A DNA stretch of 248,000 nucleotides from Octopus vulgaris (lineage: Eukaryota): NCBI GenBank assembly GCA_951406725.2, contig OX597817.1, positions 117,820,001 through 118,068,000 of the forward strand, in the 5' to 3' direction. This document shows positions 212,455 to 226,770 of this stretch, one piece after another; position 1 is the first letter of the stretch; every line of letters begins with the position of its first letter. The notes beneath the pieces were generated by a model. It saw only the letters and a program-made list of their open reading frames with translations. It was not told the origin of the DNA and did not search any database. A program made the translations under genes and the position numbers.

Positions 212455-212536
<82 letters not shown>

Positions 212537-212609
212537 TACATTTATATATATATGAGTGTATTTCATATATGCATATATATATACATATTTGTATCTACAT
212601 ATGTATATG

Positions 212610-212656
<47 letters not shown>

Positions 212657-212665
212657 ATATATATG

Positions 212666-212763
<98 letters not shown>

Positions 212764-213669
212764 TATATGTATATACGAGTGTGCGTATTTGCATCCATCT
212801 GCTTCACTAATGTATAGTTGTCGTCACTTAATGGCTGTATTTCTAATTGTTATATCACGTGATGTTGAAACTAAAGTAAGCAAGTTAAAATTACGAATTC
212901 TGAATACAATTGATGTTATCATACTAGCCCGGTGTTAATTTGAAAGTTTGAACTTGAAAGTAATAAAACTAGCGCATCGTTATTTCGTTCTCTCTAATTT
213001 AGCTGTATGGAATCAATGGAAGCCAGTCGTACAGATACAATTATATCTCCCATCACACAGTACGAGAGAAGCCTGTTCTGAGAATTTGTTGATTTCTAAC
213101 GAGTTTATACAGGCAATATTTCTCTCTCATAATGGGAAATACTAAAACGTACACGGAATTTTATAGAGTTTTCATGATTTCCTATTATACATTTACAGGA
213201 AGACTATGAAATTATAAAAACATGATTAGGCTTTATTTTTCCAATACGCATTTAAATGATTGTAATATAGCCGTGGCTTGGTGTTATTATTAGATTTAAC
213301 ATTACAGGGATGTGAGGACTTTATTGAATTAACATCCATCTAACAAGGACTTTTAACTTTGTCTGTTACAAAAAAAAAATAAAACTTCACTTTTGTATAT
213401 TTTCTCTGTAGTCGATCGAAGGCTCAAGACCTATCTATTTGTATAACTTGAAAATCTTTATCTGCTGACCTATGCTTTGTTAAACTAAATAAATGTTCTC
213501 TATATTTTCTCATTCTTATTATTCATATATATATATATAACGATTTAAATTAGTGAGTATGTATTTTATTTCACATGTATATATGAGTGTAGTTATACTT
213601 TTGCGTTGCCGGGTGTATGCTTGTAAGTATTTTTTTTATATATCCATATCTAGTTAGAGTTAAAAGTAA

Positions 213670-213712
<43 letters not shown>

Positions 213713-215034
213713 CACATATGAATGAATACTGAAACCTAGCAATAGTATAAATTTAGAAATGTTAAATTAAATTGAACCAATATATTACTGGCTATTCTTT
213801 GATTTAACTCTGAATGTGAAAAAGTAAATTCTGCTGACTCTGTATTTCCGTTTAGAACTGAAAACTTTAGCGTATATTACAGGTTCTTTAAATTGCATTC
213901 GACTTGCAATTCTCTAATAAAGGAACAATGATGAAGACAATAAACCGCATATGTATACTGAGTTAAGTTCTCGCAGCTACCTTTTCCAAGCATTTACTTC
214001 CATTTCGCTCCACAGGGCTGTCAATTTCACTTGCTCCGGTTTAATTCTGTAAGATCGCAAAGCTCCTTTTTATGATACGTCTCACTGGGTTACTTTCCAC
214101 GATAGTTAACACCCAAGTACCAATCTCAAGATCCTACATGTCCTCATTGAAGCAGTTTTTCATCATACTCTACCACAATTTATCCAGCAAATTTCTCAAA
214201 CCCGGTTGTTAATGCTCCCAGGTAAACTACAACTACTACTGAAATAACAGTTACTCTCTTCATCGACCACAGTCGTGCAATTTCATTTAGAAATTTGCAT
214301 TTTTCAATCTATTCCAATACTTTAGCCCCCACTCCTGCATTCTCATATATGGCAACATCTATGGTCTTATCTCCTACTTGAGTTTAGCACTACAGCAATG
214401 TCTGATGTCTGAGTATCAATCACTGAGTCACAATGAATAGTAAAATCACTTAAAATCATATACTCATTCTTGGTGACACCTTTTGATTCATATTCGTACC
214501 ATTTCTCTGCACATTCAAAAGCATACTTCTCACAGAATCTTCAGTGAAGTCACTTGGTTGCTATATCATGTATCGTTTCGTATCCCCCATGGGCTCACTC
214601 ATAATACGTAAGATTGTTTCGGCTGTGATGTCACACATCCTAAAAGCGGTGAGCCACTGTGATTAACTATATGGAACTTGGTGTAATTACTTCTCAGAGA
214701 CTGTTCCGGGGCGCTGCATATCAATGCCTCAGTGAATCCTTTCATATCCCTTTTCCTCAGCAATTTCCAATTATTCATCTTACTTTTACTTTCCCTTTCT
214801 CAGAGGCGTTGCGCACGCATCGCTTTCACTTTCCAATTGTTTAATGTGTTCTTCATCTTTGTTTCTTAAAATTACTTTCTGTGGGCCACATTTCCATTAG
214901 GTATCGTGTTGTTTCTAACAGTAGCGAACAAATGTTCAATTAACTGTATGATGTACCATCCCAAATGATGTTCTTCGCTGATAACACAAAACGTGCATCC
215001 TATGAAAACTCCTCCTTCTCCTTTGTATCTAGTT

Positions 215035-216315
215035 ACATAAAAGGGGGTACCCAAAAGTAACTGGAAACGTTTATCTGTGAGACAGGCCCTTTGTTGTACA
215101 GGCTTCCACCGCTAAAAGCCTATTGATAAAACCCTCAGGTATCAGTCTGCCAACTAGCGCCGTCAAGTGAATACCTAGTGCAACGTGGTGAGTCTTTGTT
215201 TGCTGTGCTCCTCCCCTGTTCACCAACTTATTTGCGGTTGCTGCAACAAAGTAACAGTTAGCTTCCGTGAAATTCTCTTTTATGCTGGGGAAAACGACGG
215301 CCGAAACAACTGCCATACTTCAAACAGCTTACAAGTGCGCTGCCATGAGCGAAACACAAGTTTACGAGTGGTTTTTACTCTTTAGGAATAAGCACTTGTG
215401 CTTGAAGATCAAACACGGTAAGGGTGACCATCGACCTCTCGAACGAATGAAAACATCATGAAAATTCACGAACTGATCTTAGAAGACCATCGCCAAACAA
215501 TTGACGAACTAGTTGATATTGTGTCCTGGAGATCCTGCCAACGAATTTTCAGGGAGGAATTGTAAATTAAAAAAGTTGCAGCAACATTTGCGCCGCGCTT
215601 GGTCAGGGAAGATCAAAAGTAGTTACAACCGAATGTGCGTCGTGAATTGAAAGAACAGGTGAAAGTTGATCTGATAATTTTTCAGAAAGTCATCACTGGT
215701 AACGAAATTTGGTGATACGGCTTCGACCCGAAAACAAAGCAGCAATCAAGTCAATGGAAGCATTCAATGTCAGCACGCTCCCTCCAAATCGCGTGAGGTG
215801 CTGATTTTATTCATTAATGTGACAGGAATTGTTCACACAGAATTTGTTCCTCCTGGTCAAACTGCTAAACTGGCATTTTACTTGGCAGTTCTGAAGAGTT
215901 CTGAAAACACTCCGACCTGTGGCAAAATAGAAAGTGGTAAATTCATCACGACAATGCTCCTGCGCACAACACTTTGGGACAATTTTTGCCAGAAATGGCA
216001 TGACCTCGCTTACCTACACTCCCTTTTCGCCCGATTATGCTCCCAAAGACTGATTTTTGTTCCCCCGAATTAAAAGGTCCTTAAAGGTAAACGTTTTGCC
216101 GATGTGAAAGATGTGAAGAAAAAAACCGACGGAGGCGTTAAAAGACATCACTTCGCAAAAGTTCCAGGAGTGCTTCGAACAGTGGAAAACGTATCTGAAC
216201 AAACGTTTTGCTTCAAATGGAGAATACTTTGAAGTCGATATAAATGTAAATATATAAAACTAAATGAATAAAATAATATTGCAAAATTCCAGTTTTTCTT
216301 TGGTTCCTCTTCGTA
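215035..216315 (+). mobile_element. Mariner element, full length, degenerate
   Basis: TIR-like ends; MKFSFMLGKTTAET...AMSETQVYEWF, VITGNEIW.YGFDP, HSLFARLCS (YSPDLAP region). Confidence 0.8.
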
Positions 216316-219300
216316 CTGTCTATCGATATCACATTCGGGGTGCAGCACCTTGTTCACTGTCATCACTTGCCTGTTTTTTCTCTATACGTTTCCTCAAGTT
216401 CGGTCTTTGTCGGTCTAACAGCGCCTGCAACGTATCGTATTAAGGAGACCGCCCATTTATTCATTGCACTGTTTTTATTATTAACTTTGAGTCTACACGC
216501 TATAATTAATTTGGTTTTCTGAGGTATTCTCGACTTTAGCTTTCCTTCATCGCACTCACCTTGATTTCGTTATGCTCCAAAATACCCGACTGTGTTCATA
216601 CAAAATTGTTGTCACTTAGAATTCACAGACTCAGCTAATATCACAAAACCATTATTTATGGACACAGTGATATGCTAGCGCTTATACTCTATGAGTACAA
216701 ACTTAATTATTTCACTAAAGAGATGCTTAATATTTTCGTCTCCTTTTTCATAGATTCTGCTTTTGACCACTGTGCGTATTTTCACAATCTATGCCAGCAT
216801 CAGAACAATTCTAATGGCTTGTATCACAGTGACTACAATTCGTGTTCTTGATTCAGATTTCTCTCTGTCAGCAGCAATCAGCTTTCTTTACATATTGGAT
216901 TCATTGCATGAATTCTTCATTTTATTCCATATCCTAAATATTTGCCCTACCTTCCATCTAAGTTTGAATTCTACTGTGTGTGGATATGTTTTTCATATTT
217001 CTATCTGTCCATAGTATACTTTCTGCTCTACATAGAACATAGTTCTACAAACATAAAATTGTTAATGGAGTTATCTGTATTTAACAAGCATTTGTATTTT
217101 TCTCTCGAATTCCTCTAGTTCTATCTTAGTCTATTTTTGAAAAGGAGCCGTGGATCTTAATACTGGCGTGGTCCATATATTCATTACGTTGACAATATTC
217201 TCTCTGCTTTTCTCTTTTTTTTCGAAAGTCTTCCTACTGCTTCTTTTGATATCTTTGGAAATATTCTTTCTCGTATCTCCTTTCCATCACCCTATCATCA
217301 TGCAACATCCTAGTTATCTTCCTCGTTCATTATTTCACAGTGATCTATGACATTTTTTAATGCTGTAATTTTACACCATTAGAGTTTATCTTCACGCCTC
217401 TTTTCATACTTAATACAGCGCACTTATTTACCCACACTGTTTTCCAATATTCTTGTTGAATACTCTTACAGTTTAGATTAGAAAATTGAAATGCTTTTCA
217501 TTTTTTGTGTACATTTTCCGGTGATACATATTGAGACTTTTATTTTCACTGTTTCGACAAAATCTTAGGATGGCTTGGAATTTCACAATATGATTGTGTG
217601 AGCGACTAACATAAACTACAATGAAGTGAAGAATTTTTCATGGAATATAGACTTGCATACTTTCACTTTTCCTAACGATTCATTGCCTTATTTTCAAAAA
217701 ACACAAAAGCGGAAAAAGTTCTTATCTTATCATTGACCCCCAACGGGCGTCCTCAAGGACTGCCCCAACCCAAACTATGGAACATTATCACAAACTTTCT
217801 TCTACTCTATCATACAAAAACTCGTGTTCTCTCTTATTCATACTTTAATATCATGCTATCAATTTATAGCAATTACCAATGACTCAGAGATAATTTTCTA
217901 AATTTTTTCGCCGCCTAGTAAAAACCAGCTTCTCTAGAATCTAGCATGAAGGCAATTTAGTTATTTCCACATTTTATAAACCTATAATTATTGACATCAC
218001 CTCTGTTTTTTATCCTTCGGTATTAGCACTGATTTTCTTTTTGGCATTCCATTTTCTATGCAGTCAACAATCAAAAGGTCAGATATTGCAATGAGAAACT
218101 TTTGAGTCAGAATACCTGTACACCACCAGGTTCGAAGGCTTTCCCTTTTAGTATTTGTTTTAAACTATTTTGCATTTAAATTGACATTTTCCATAGCCCG
218201 TCTAATTCCATTTTATCTACATGTTGGTTCGTAATTAATTCCTGTGGAAACTAGAGCTCTTGAAGCGCATCTATTTCGAGCTAGACTAAAGGTATGTTGT
218301 GTTGATGTATGCAAATGACCTTTCCGTAAGAGCCCTATACACCAAAGAATAGGAGGTACTTAAGGACATTCTAATTAAAGTGGTGGCGATTGCAGAATTA
218401 AATGATATATTAGGACGTGTTGGTAATTGAAACAGAAAACCAAGCTATCGAACAGCTCATTGTTTGCTGAACAGAGAAAGTAGTTAAGGAGATCGGGGGT
218501 CAGTTTAGTTTGATAAGAAGTGATGCGAAGGAACAGAGAAGAAAGAATATCTGTTGGGCAGCATATGTAGCAATTTCAATGTTTATTGAAAATTTTAAAA
218601 TTTGGTATATTGACGTAATTTCCCACGCTGAATCGCATGAAACATTTAACTTTTTCCAGAAAATATTTCAAAACGTTAGAGGCTGAAAGTTTGATCATTT
218701 TTACTTACTACTTATTCAGGATTTGCAAGCTGCCATTTTGTGCGTGACAGTACATGTTGTCAAATGAAATATTGTCGGAATTCTACTGTACTCACGCACT
218801 ATAACCTTTCATAGCATGTTTTATTGTTTGGAATTTTCAGAAATGATTTGCGAATTTGTACTCTACACACACGAATTCATACGATTGTGCAAAATCAAAA
218901 ACAAAAATGGGATTCGTTACTTAGGGCCTATTTATCTGTTATTTTTAGCACGTCTCAGACCACCCTAATGAGTAGAATATATCTGTCGAACCATGTGCTT
219001 TCTCACAGATAAAAAACTTCTCATGCTTAGCTTGTTACTATGTAAATAGCCTTATATTTGGCTAAAATTACCCCAGCATTTGAAAGATTTAAACTCATTA
219101 TTTATTGATTTATGGCAAAAAGTAATTTTGTGCCAATGATCAGCGTACAAAACTATCATTATACCAAATATGAAATCAATTTGAACAAACATTGAAGAAA
219201 TTGAAAAGTGATAACCTAACAGAAAAGATCCCTGGGAACAAATTACGAAGAAGGTGGCCAGCTTCATTCAGAAAACGATTTAGAGAAATGTATTCATCCT

Positions 219301-221617
219301 AGGTTGAGAGGATCTACTCAATGATTATGTAACATCTATCATCTACTGCTGGCTAAAAAAACTTGCTTTACTCTTGGTCTGCTCTGAAAGTAATCGAGCG
219401 TTTTCACTGTCATTCCTTGTGTGTTTGTATGCGTGTGTGTGTGTGTGCATGTGTGCGCATGTGTATGTGTGCGTGTGTGTGTGTGAAATTAACACCATCC
219501 ACTGATTAGGCATTCCATCTACCGTAAAATAACCGTGTGTATGACTGAGTACGACATATGTGAAATTCTCTTTATACACAAAGTCTGCAAGTTCTCACGT
219601 TTCGGTGACGGAAAAAACATGTGGTACTCGTTCATGAGGTGTAGTTTCCTACATCAGGTCTCTTTGGCAGATCTGGATTATGTAAAAGTCAATCGTTTAT
219701 ATACTCAAGCATCAGCCTGATTTTATGAAATACGTTTTCCCGTTATGAGAGAGGGATAATGCTTGAATAATCTCAAGGTATGTTTCCACGGGTAAAAGAA
219801 TCTACAGACACTGCTATTTGGCAAATGGAGTGAGTGAAAGGTGCAAAGATCAGCCTGAGAGTAATGATGGAGCCGATATAGCAAGAGGAATTACTTCCTC
219901 TAAGCCCATTTCTGAGTGAGATTGTCCACCCTGATCGTAACCGTCTCACATTTCGCCCTGGAAGAAGACACAGGCATTCAATTCATATAACTAATTTTCA
220001 ATCAGTGCCAAACTGTCCCCTTTATCAAGTGCATCAGAAAAGATATATATGAATTTAGGACATGGTAATTAGACGTGCTATCCGAGATTAACTCATTTTA
220101 TATGATTAATAACTTTTATTGTCACAATAATGAGAGCAATCATATTAATTTAAAATGTCATTTAATACAAATCTATAAATATTTACCAATACTTATCAAA
220201 CTAGCGCAAGACAATATAATTAATAATCAATGTTTCCACAAGATGAAATAAGTATTTAAGAATCAGATTCAACGTGAAGTTTCCCCATAGGATTCTTCAA
220301 GTAATTAAGAAATGATATTACTTTTCAAATAAAGTAAATATAGTTATACAGTTCGTATAATGAATATATGTGTGTGTATTTCATGTAAGTTTGTATGTAT
220401 GCATGTATGTATGTATGTATGTATGTATGTATGTATGTATGTATGTATGTATGTATGTATGTATGTATGTATGTATGTATGAATGGCTGGGTGGGTGAGT
220501 TGATGGATAGAAGGATGTTTATATTTATAAATACTGTATCTTGTCTGTTAAGAGTAAAAATAGATTTCCTGTGGCTTCCTCTTATGTTTAGAGCTCCGCA
220601 AGTATTATATTTCACTCTGCTTCCAGTATCATGGTTAGACAATTACTATACTTTACAGTATTGTTTAGTTAAGATATCGAGAACAAATATAAGAAAAACC
220701 ACGGTAAAAATACGTGTATATTATTTATTCCTACATCTATTTCAATGTGTTGGCTGTTTGGATCCGTGCAGTGGATATTCCAACTGCAACTGGGTTTTTG
220801 ACCACCATGCATCAACAGGGAGCACTTTACATCATTGAATTTCTTACACCTTTTCTCTTTGGGCATTATATAAAGAAAGTATCAAAGTTTGAATTACAGT
220901 CAATTTATTTTATTAACAATGAGTGCAGAAGAAACCTGACATTATTCACAACAAATATAAAGAAATTTATCAATATTGCCATATTGCGTATAAAAGTGTA
221001 TGATAGTGTGAGAATGCATCGGCAATTCAAAAGTTTTACGTTCCATTCCATAATACAAAAACTAACATTATACGATCAATATACTTAACGTATTATGAAT
221101 TCGTCTGAAATAAACTCATGGCTTGTATTTAAGGAAAATTCAAACCATCAAACCAGAAAAAAAGGCGATGAAATATTTTTTAAACTAGAGAGTATTTTCT
221201 TAAAATGCTGCATTCCATCTTACTACGCTAAAGTACATCGCACACTAAGGTTCTTACTCGTCCGCTATGCCCTATATGATTGATAATAAATCCAAACACC
221301 AACAAAGAAACGAAATATTAAAGGAAAAAGACATGTGCAAATTGAAAAGGAATGCCTGTAAAATACTGAATGAGTTCCAATGTACCGCAATACCCAAACA
221401 TCTCAAATTTGTAGGAGAAATCTCAGCAGCGTTTGCAGAAGGAAGATTATGCAAATTGAATTAGTTTATTAAATCATTTCAGGAACTAATATATTGATTG
221501 TCCTCTTCCTCTTATAAAAGTTGTTTTTACTCAAAATATTATTATTAAATACAGTGATGCTTGTGCTATCTTTATAAAAAGCATACATTGTAAAGGCTTC
221601 CCCAGATATATAGATAT

Positions 221618-222963
221618 ATTAGGTCGTCAAGTATGAAATTTGTAGAAAACGTAAAAGAGTTTCCTAATGTTTTATAAATACAATGAATTGTTTTATTCAT
221701 CAATGTATACATCCATATTGTCAATATTCTTTTCACATTTCAGCGCTAGCTAGCCCAGCCCGGAACTGTAAAAGCCTGGCAATCTATGGTCAATAAAATT
221801 TTAGAAGGCCTGTTTTACAGCATCGTCGGAATTAATGTTTTCCTATCGAAAAGTTATCCAAATTCTGGAAGAAGAGTAGTCAGTGGAGGTAAGATCAGGT
221901 GAGTTTGGTGGACGATGGAGAACTTCCAACTCCAATTCCTATAGTTTCGTTAATCTCATTTTTGCGATGTTGTCTAGGTTTGTCTTGCAATAAAATAGGA
222001 TTGGATCTGTTGACTAATCTAGGCTGTTTTTTTTCTGTAAGTTTCTGCATCATTTGCTCCAGTTGGCTACAGTATACGTTGGCCGTGATTGATAAGCCAG
222101 GTTTAAGGAAATGATAATGGATCACACCTGCGCCAGACTACCAAACACACCCCATCAGCTTCTTTTGATGAATTTTGCATTTTAGACTGTGTTTCGGTGG
222201 CTCGTCTTTCTCAAACCATTGTGCTGGACGTTTACCGTTGTTGTATTGGATCCATTTCTCATCACATGTTACAATTCGATTAAAAGATTATTCATTATTT
222301 GGCGATCTTTCGTTACAAGAACACACGACTGCTAGTGACAAACCACATGTGCTTATTAACATTTGTGAAGATGATCGTGAATCGGAAGAATTGATGTACG
222401 TGCGTGCGTGTGAGTGTGAATGTGAGTGTATGTGTGTGTTTGATAGGGTGGGTGAGGCAGAAAGTGTGGTGTGTAAGTGAAGTGCTTTTGTTACTATCGT
222501 TAAAAACGATAATTCACGGGCACTTTGAGATGGACTTGATTCGATGGTGGCTTTCAGTTCTTCATTATCCACCTTTGTTTCTGGTCGACCGCGTTTCTCA
222601 TTTGTAAGGTCGACGTTACCGGAACGATACTTTGCAAACCACTTTAATACTGTCTGCTCTGCAATATCATTAGAATGAAATAGTCCATTAATATTCCGAG
222701 CTGTCTGCGATGCTGTATTTCCAAGAAAAATGTCATTTCAAACTGTACAAAATTTCCGACTTACCCATCTGTAAACACAAATAGCCAAAAAAAAACGATT
222801 TATAAATACTTTATAAAGCACAAAATGTGTTGCGAAAAAGAGATCGATGTGTCAGCTTTCTAACAAAAGATAAAGGTTGTCAAAATATAATAATGGTGCA
222901 AAATGAGCAGCCGTTAATGATTACCATATACCTTACTAAAATTTTCATACTTGATGACCTAAT
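221618..222963 (-). mobile_element. Mariner element, degenerate, with intact TIRs
   Basis: attaggtcgtcaagtatgaaattt / aaattttcatacttgatgacctaat; ITANVYCSQL...PILLQD...HPP.SPDL. Confidence 0.82.
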
Positions 222964-223812
222964 ATATATATATACATACAGACACACAGACGCCCAAACA
223001 ATCATACAGTGTACACACATACACATTTAGTCATATATATATATATACACATACATAGATGCGTGCATACAGACACACATATATACATACACACACACGT
223101 ACTTATATATGTATATATATATATGTGTGTGTTTCTATACACCAGAGAGAGAGAGAGAATTGAGGTAGTAATGCATTCTGACCTTGCTAAGTATCAAGAC
223201 TAATTCCGTCAGATGTTGTCAATATATGAATATTTAATCAATGATTACCCTGTCATATCAAAAATTATTTCACCTATAGGAATATATATTGAAAACAGAG
223301 AAATATCATTATGAAAAAATAAGCTACTTCGACACTTCAGAAATTGTTTACTGCTGCGTCTCTAATTAAATACACCTGTGCAAAACTTTCAGACTGAGAG
223401 ATTCATCCTTGAGTTTGTTTACTGAAATATTCTATAAGTATATGCAGTACAACATTTCTATATAACTAATTTCTAATTAAAATATGGAATAGCCCAAAGC
223501 CTCGATATTGAATGTATTTATGAATAAAGATAGGATTAAAAAATTTTAATATTTGTGAAATATATTGGCTGGTTTAAGAATAATATATTTTTACAACAAA
223601 CGGTATTCTTAAATCAGTTCATGTTGATTTATATGAATATACTAAAATACGAATACCTAATTTAACCCATCATCTATACTCGTGCCTGTATGCGTGGCTC
223701 GCGTTTATTGGTGGATACGGGCATGCAATTTAGAGAAATTTAAAAAGATGTAGAATTTTATATACAAACATATACATAGATATGTGCGTGTGTGTGTGCC
223801 TGTGTGTGTGCT

Positions 223813-223863
<51 letters not shown>

Positions 223864-223929
223864 TTATATATATATATGACTGCCTAGCCATCTCTTTATA
223901 TATATATATATATGACTGCCTAGCCATCT

Positions 223930-223964
<35 letters not shown>

Positions 223965-223972
<8 letters not shown>

Positions 223973-224155
223973 AAGGAGCTTCTACCGGACTAGAACTATT
224001 TCATTCAAAAGAAATCATCAGGAAGCCTGATGATTTCTTTTGAATGAAACAGTTCTAGTCCGGTAGAAGATCATTCTATAAAATAAATTAATTTACTCTG
224101 CTATGTATTGAGTACCTTATTTACTATGGTTAACCCCGACTCAACCCGGGACCTA
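223965..224155 (+). repeat. Second family B palindrome with HHR-like right arm
   Basis: CTGATGA-TTTC(TTTT)GAAT-GAAA-CAGTTCTAG-TC; the inversion breakpoint matches that of 6445-6570. Confidence 0.7.
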
Positions 224156-224196
224156 CATATATATATATATATAGATAGATTATAGATAGATAGATT

Positions 224197-224248
<52 letters not shown>

Positions 224249-225515
224249 GATAGATAGATGGATAAGCACACATACGTATACATACATCTATATATATATA
224301 CATATGTATGTATATATATATACATTTATATATTCACATGTATATATATTTATACTAGCGGAAGGTGACCCGCTCTACGCGCGGGTAAGAGTGTGGTTGT
224401 TATTTTCTGTTGCTTCCTTTCAGCACGTAAAAAGCACCATCCGAACGTGGCCGATTGCAGCGCCGCCTCGACTGGCTTCTGTGCCGGTGGCACGTAAAAA
224501 GCACCAACCGATCGTTGCCGCTGCCAGCCCCCCTGGCACCTGTGCCGGCGGCACGAAAAAAGCATCCACTACACTCACAGAGTGGTTGGCGTTAGGAAGG
224601 GCATCCACCTGTAAAAAACACTGCCAGATCAGACTGGAGCCTGGTGCAGCCTCCTAGCTTCCCAGACCCCGGTCAAACTGTCCAACCCGTGCTAGCACAG
224701 AAAACGGACGTTAAACGATGATGATGATAATGATTCTCCCTCTTTGTTTCTCTCTCACTTTCCCACTCTCTTACTTTTCTTTTCTCTCGGACTCTCCCTC
224801 GCTTTCTCTTACTCTCTATCTTTATCTATCTGTCTCCCATTTATAAACAACAGAAGATCTTGAGTAAGTTGAGAAATAAAATATTTAGAAAGATCAATCA
224901 TAAATATCAGGCAGTGGCAACGGAAAGGTCTGCTTCAAGGCAGACAGCAAAACACTAACATTTAAAAGGGACAGACGAACTTGCGAGCTGAATAAAAGTA
225001 ATAAAATATTGGAAACCAAAGTTTGAATGGATAGAATCTGAGGATAGTAGAGTCACCACGGCTGGCATTTCTTAACGACGGACAGCAACGTATTGACAGT
225101 TCAACGGCTGGCGTAAAATTTTGAAATTGATGTAAAAGAAAATTCGTAAACACCAAGTTTTAAAGTGATTCTTTCTCACGACAGTAGACTCACCATGGCA
225201 ATCATTCAAAACTTCTTTATTATGGACGGCAACACATTGACGATTAAAAGGCTGGCGCAAATTTTTTAGCTTGATGTAACAGAGAATTCCTAAACACCCG
225301 CTCCTTGAAATTTGAATCCCCTTCTAGCCCCATTTAGACCCCTTTTCACATTTTGGTTAATATAACCCGATTTCATTCGGGTCTACTGAGGAATTTTGTC
225401 CTAGAGGTGACGCCTTTCTTTGAGGAAAAAAATAGTTGTCATGCAAACTTGCCAGCACTTTTAACATAGGTGTGCATATTTTCAGCTGAATCGACCGACT
225501 ACGTAATGCACACAT

Positions 225516-225571
<56 letters not shown>

Positions 225572-226671
225572 CACGCATTATATATACAAATGTATACAAA
225601 TGAGATATATATCTGTATAAATTAAATTAGAGATAAAACCACTAATAGGCAAATCAAACAGTGAAAAACCAAAAACAAAAACATTAAAAAAAAATATAAT
225701 ATAGAAAATATAGAAAATATAAAATTGAAAAATTTAAACTATTTAAATTGAAAATGAAAATTATTAAATTATATTTATAATATGTTTAAAAATATATATA
225801 AACTATGAAAAAGTATGAAAAAGTTTAAGATACATAAATACAGATATATACACTTTGTATATATACATTATATATACATATTTATATATAGAACACACAC
225901 ACACACATACATTATATATACATATTTATATATAGAACACACACACACATACACACATATATATTATATATACATATTTATATATAGAACACACACACAC
226001 ACACACACACATATAAACGAACGCAAGAATATCTGATTCATAATATTTGTTCTCATGCTCGTGTGTTGTTGGGGACAGACATATACTTAAAAGAACGCCG
226101 CCGAAGTGATGGGAAGGTAGGAAACAGAGTCAGTGAAAAAGAGAGGAAATAGCGAGAGTGACAGATACTTTAAATAACGGTAGTGGAGCTCTCAAAGTTA
226201 TAAATAAAGGGGAGTAAGAGAGGGAAAGGAGGAAATAGCGTGAGTGAGGACGATGGCCCCTAGCAACCATACCTTTTAAGATAGGGATTTCTAAGGTAGC
226301 TCATGAGCATCGTCACCTCATTCTACATGTCCCTGTAAATTTTGGAGCGAATCGGACGGGTGGTAGCGGCATTGAAAGCGATCCAAGCGGTAAAAACGCA
226401 TTTCAGTTTTATATATAGAGAAGAGATATATATACACGCATATATATACACATATATATATGTATATATATATCTCTATATATAAAATTGAAATGCGTTT
226501 TTACCTCTTGGATCGCATTCAATGCCACTATGTCCCGTCCGATATATGGATACAGCTAATTATGGATATATTTGCATACCCATGTCCGGGGTTAACATTG
226601 GTAATTTATACCGGTAAAAATAACGAATATTCTTAGCCATTAAACGGTTATTGCAAATGCTAACTCTCTTA

Positions 226672-226770
<99 letters not shown>
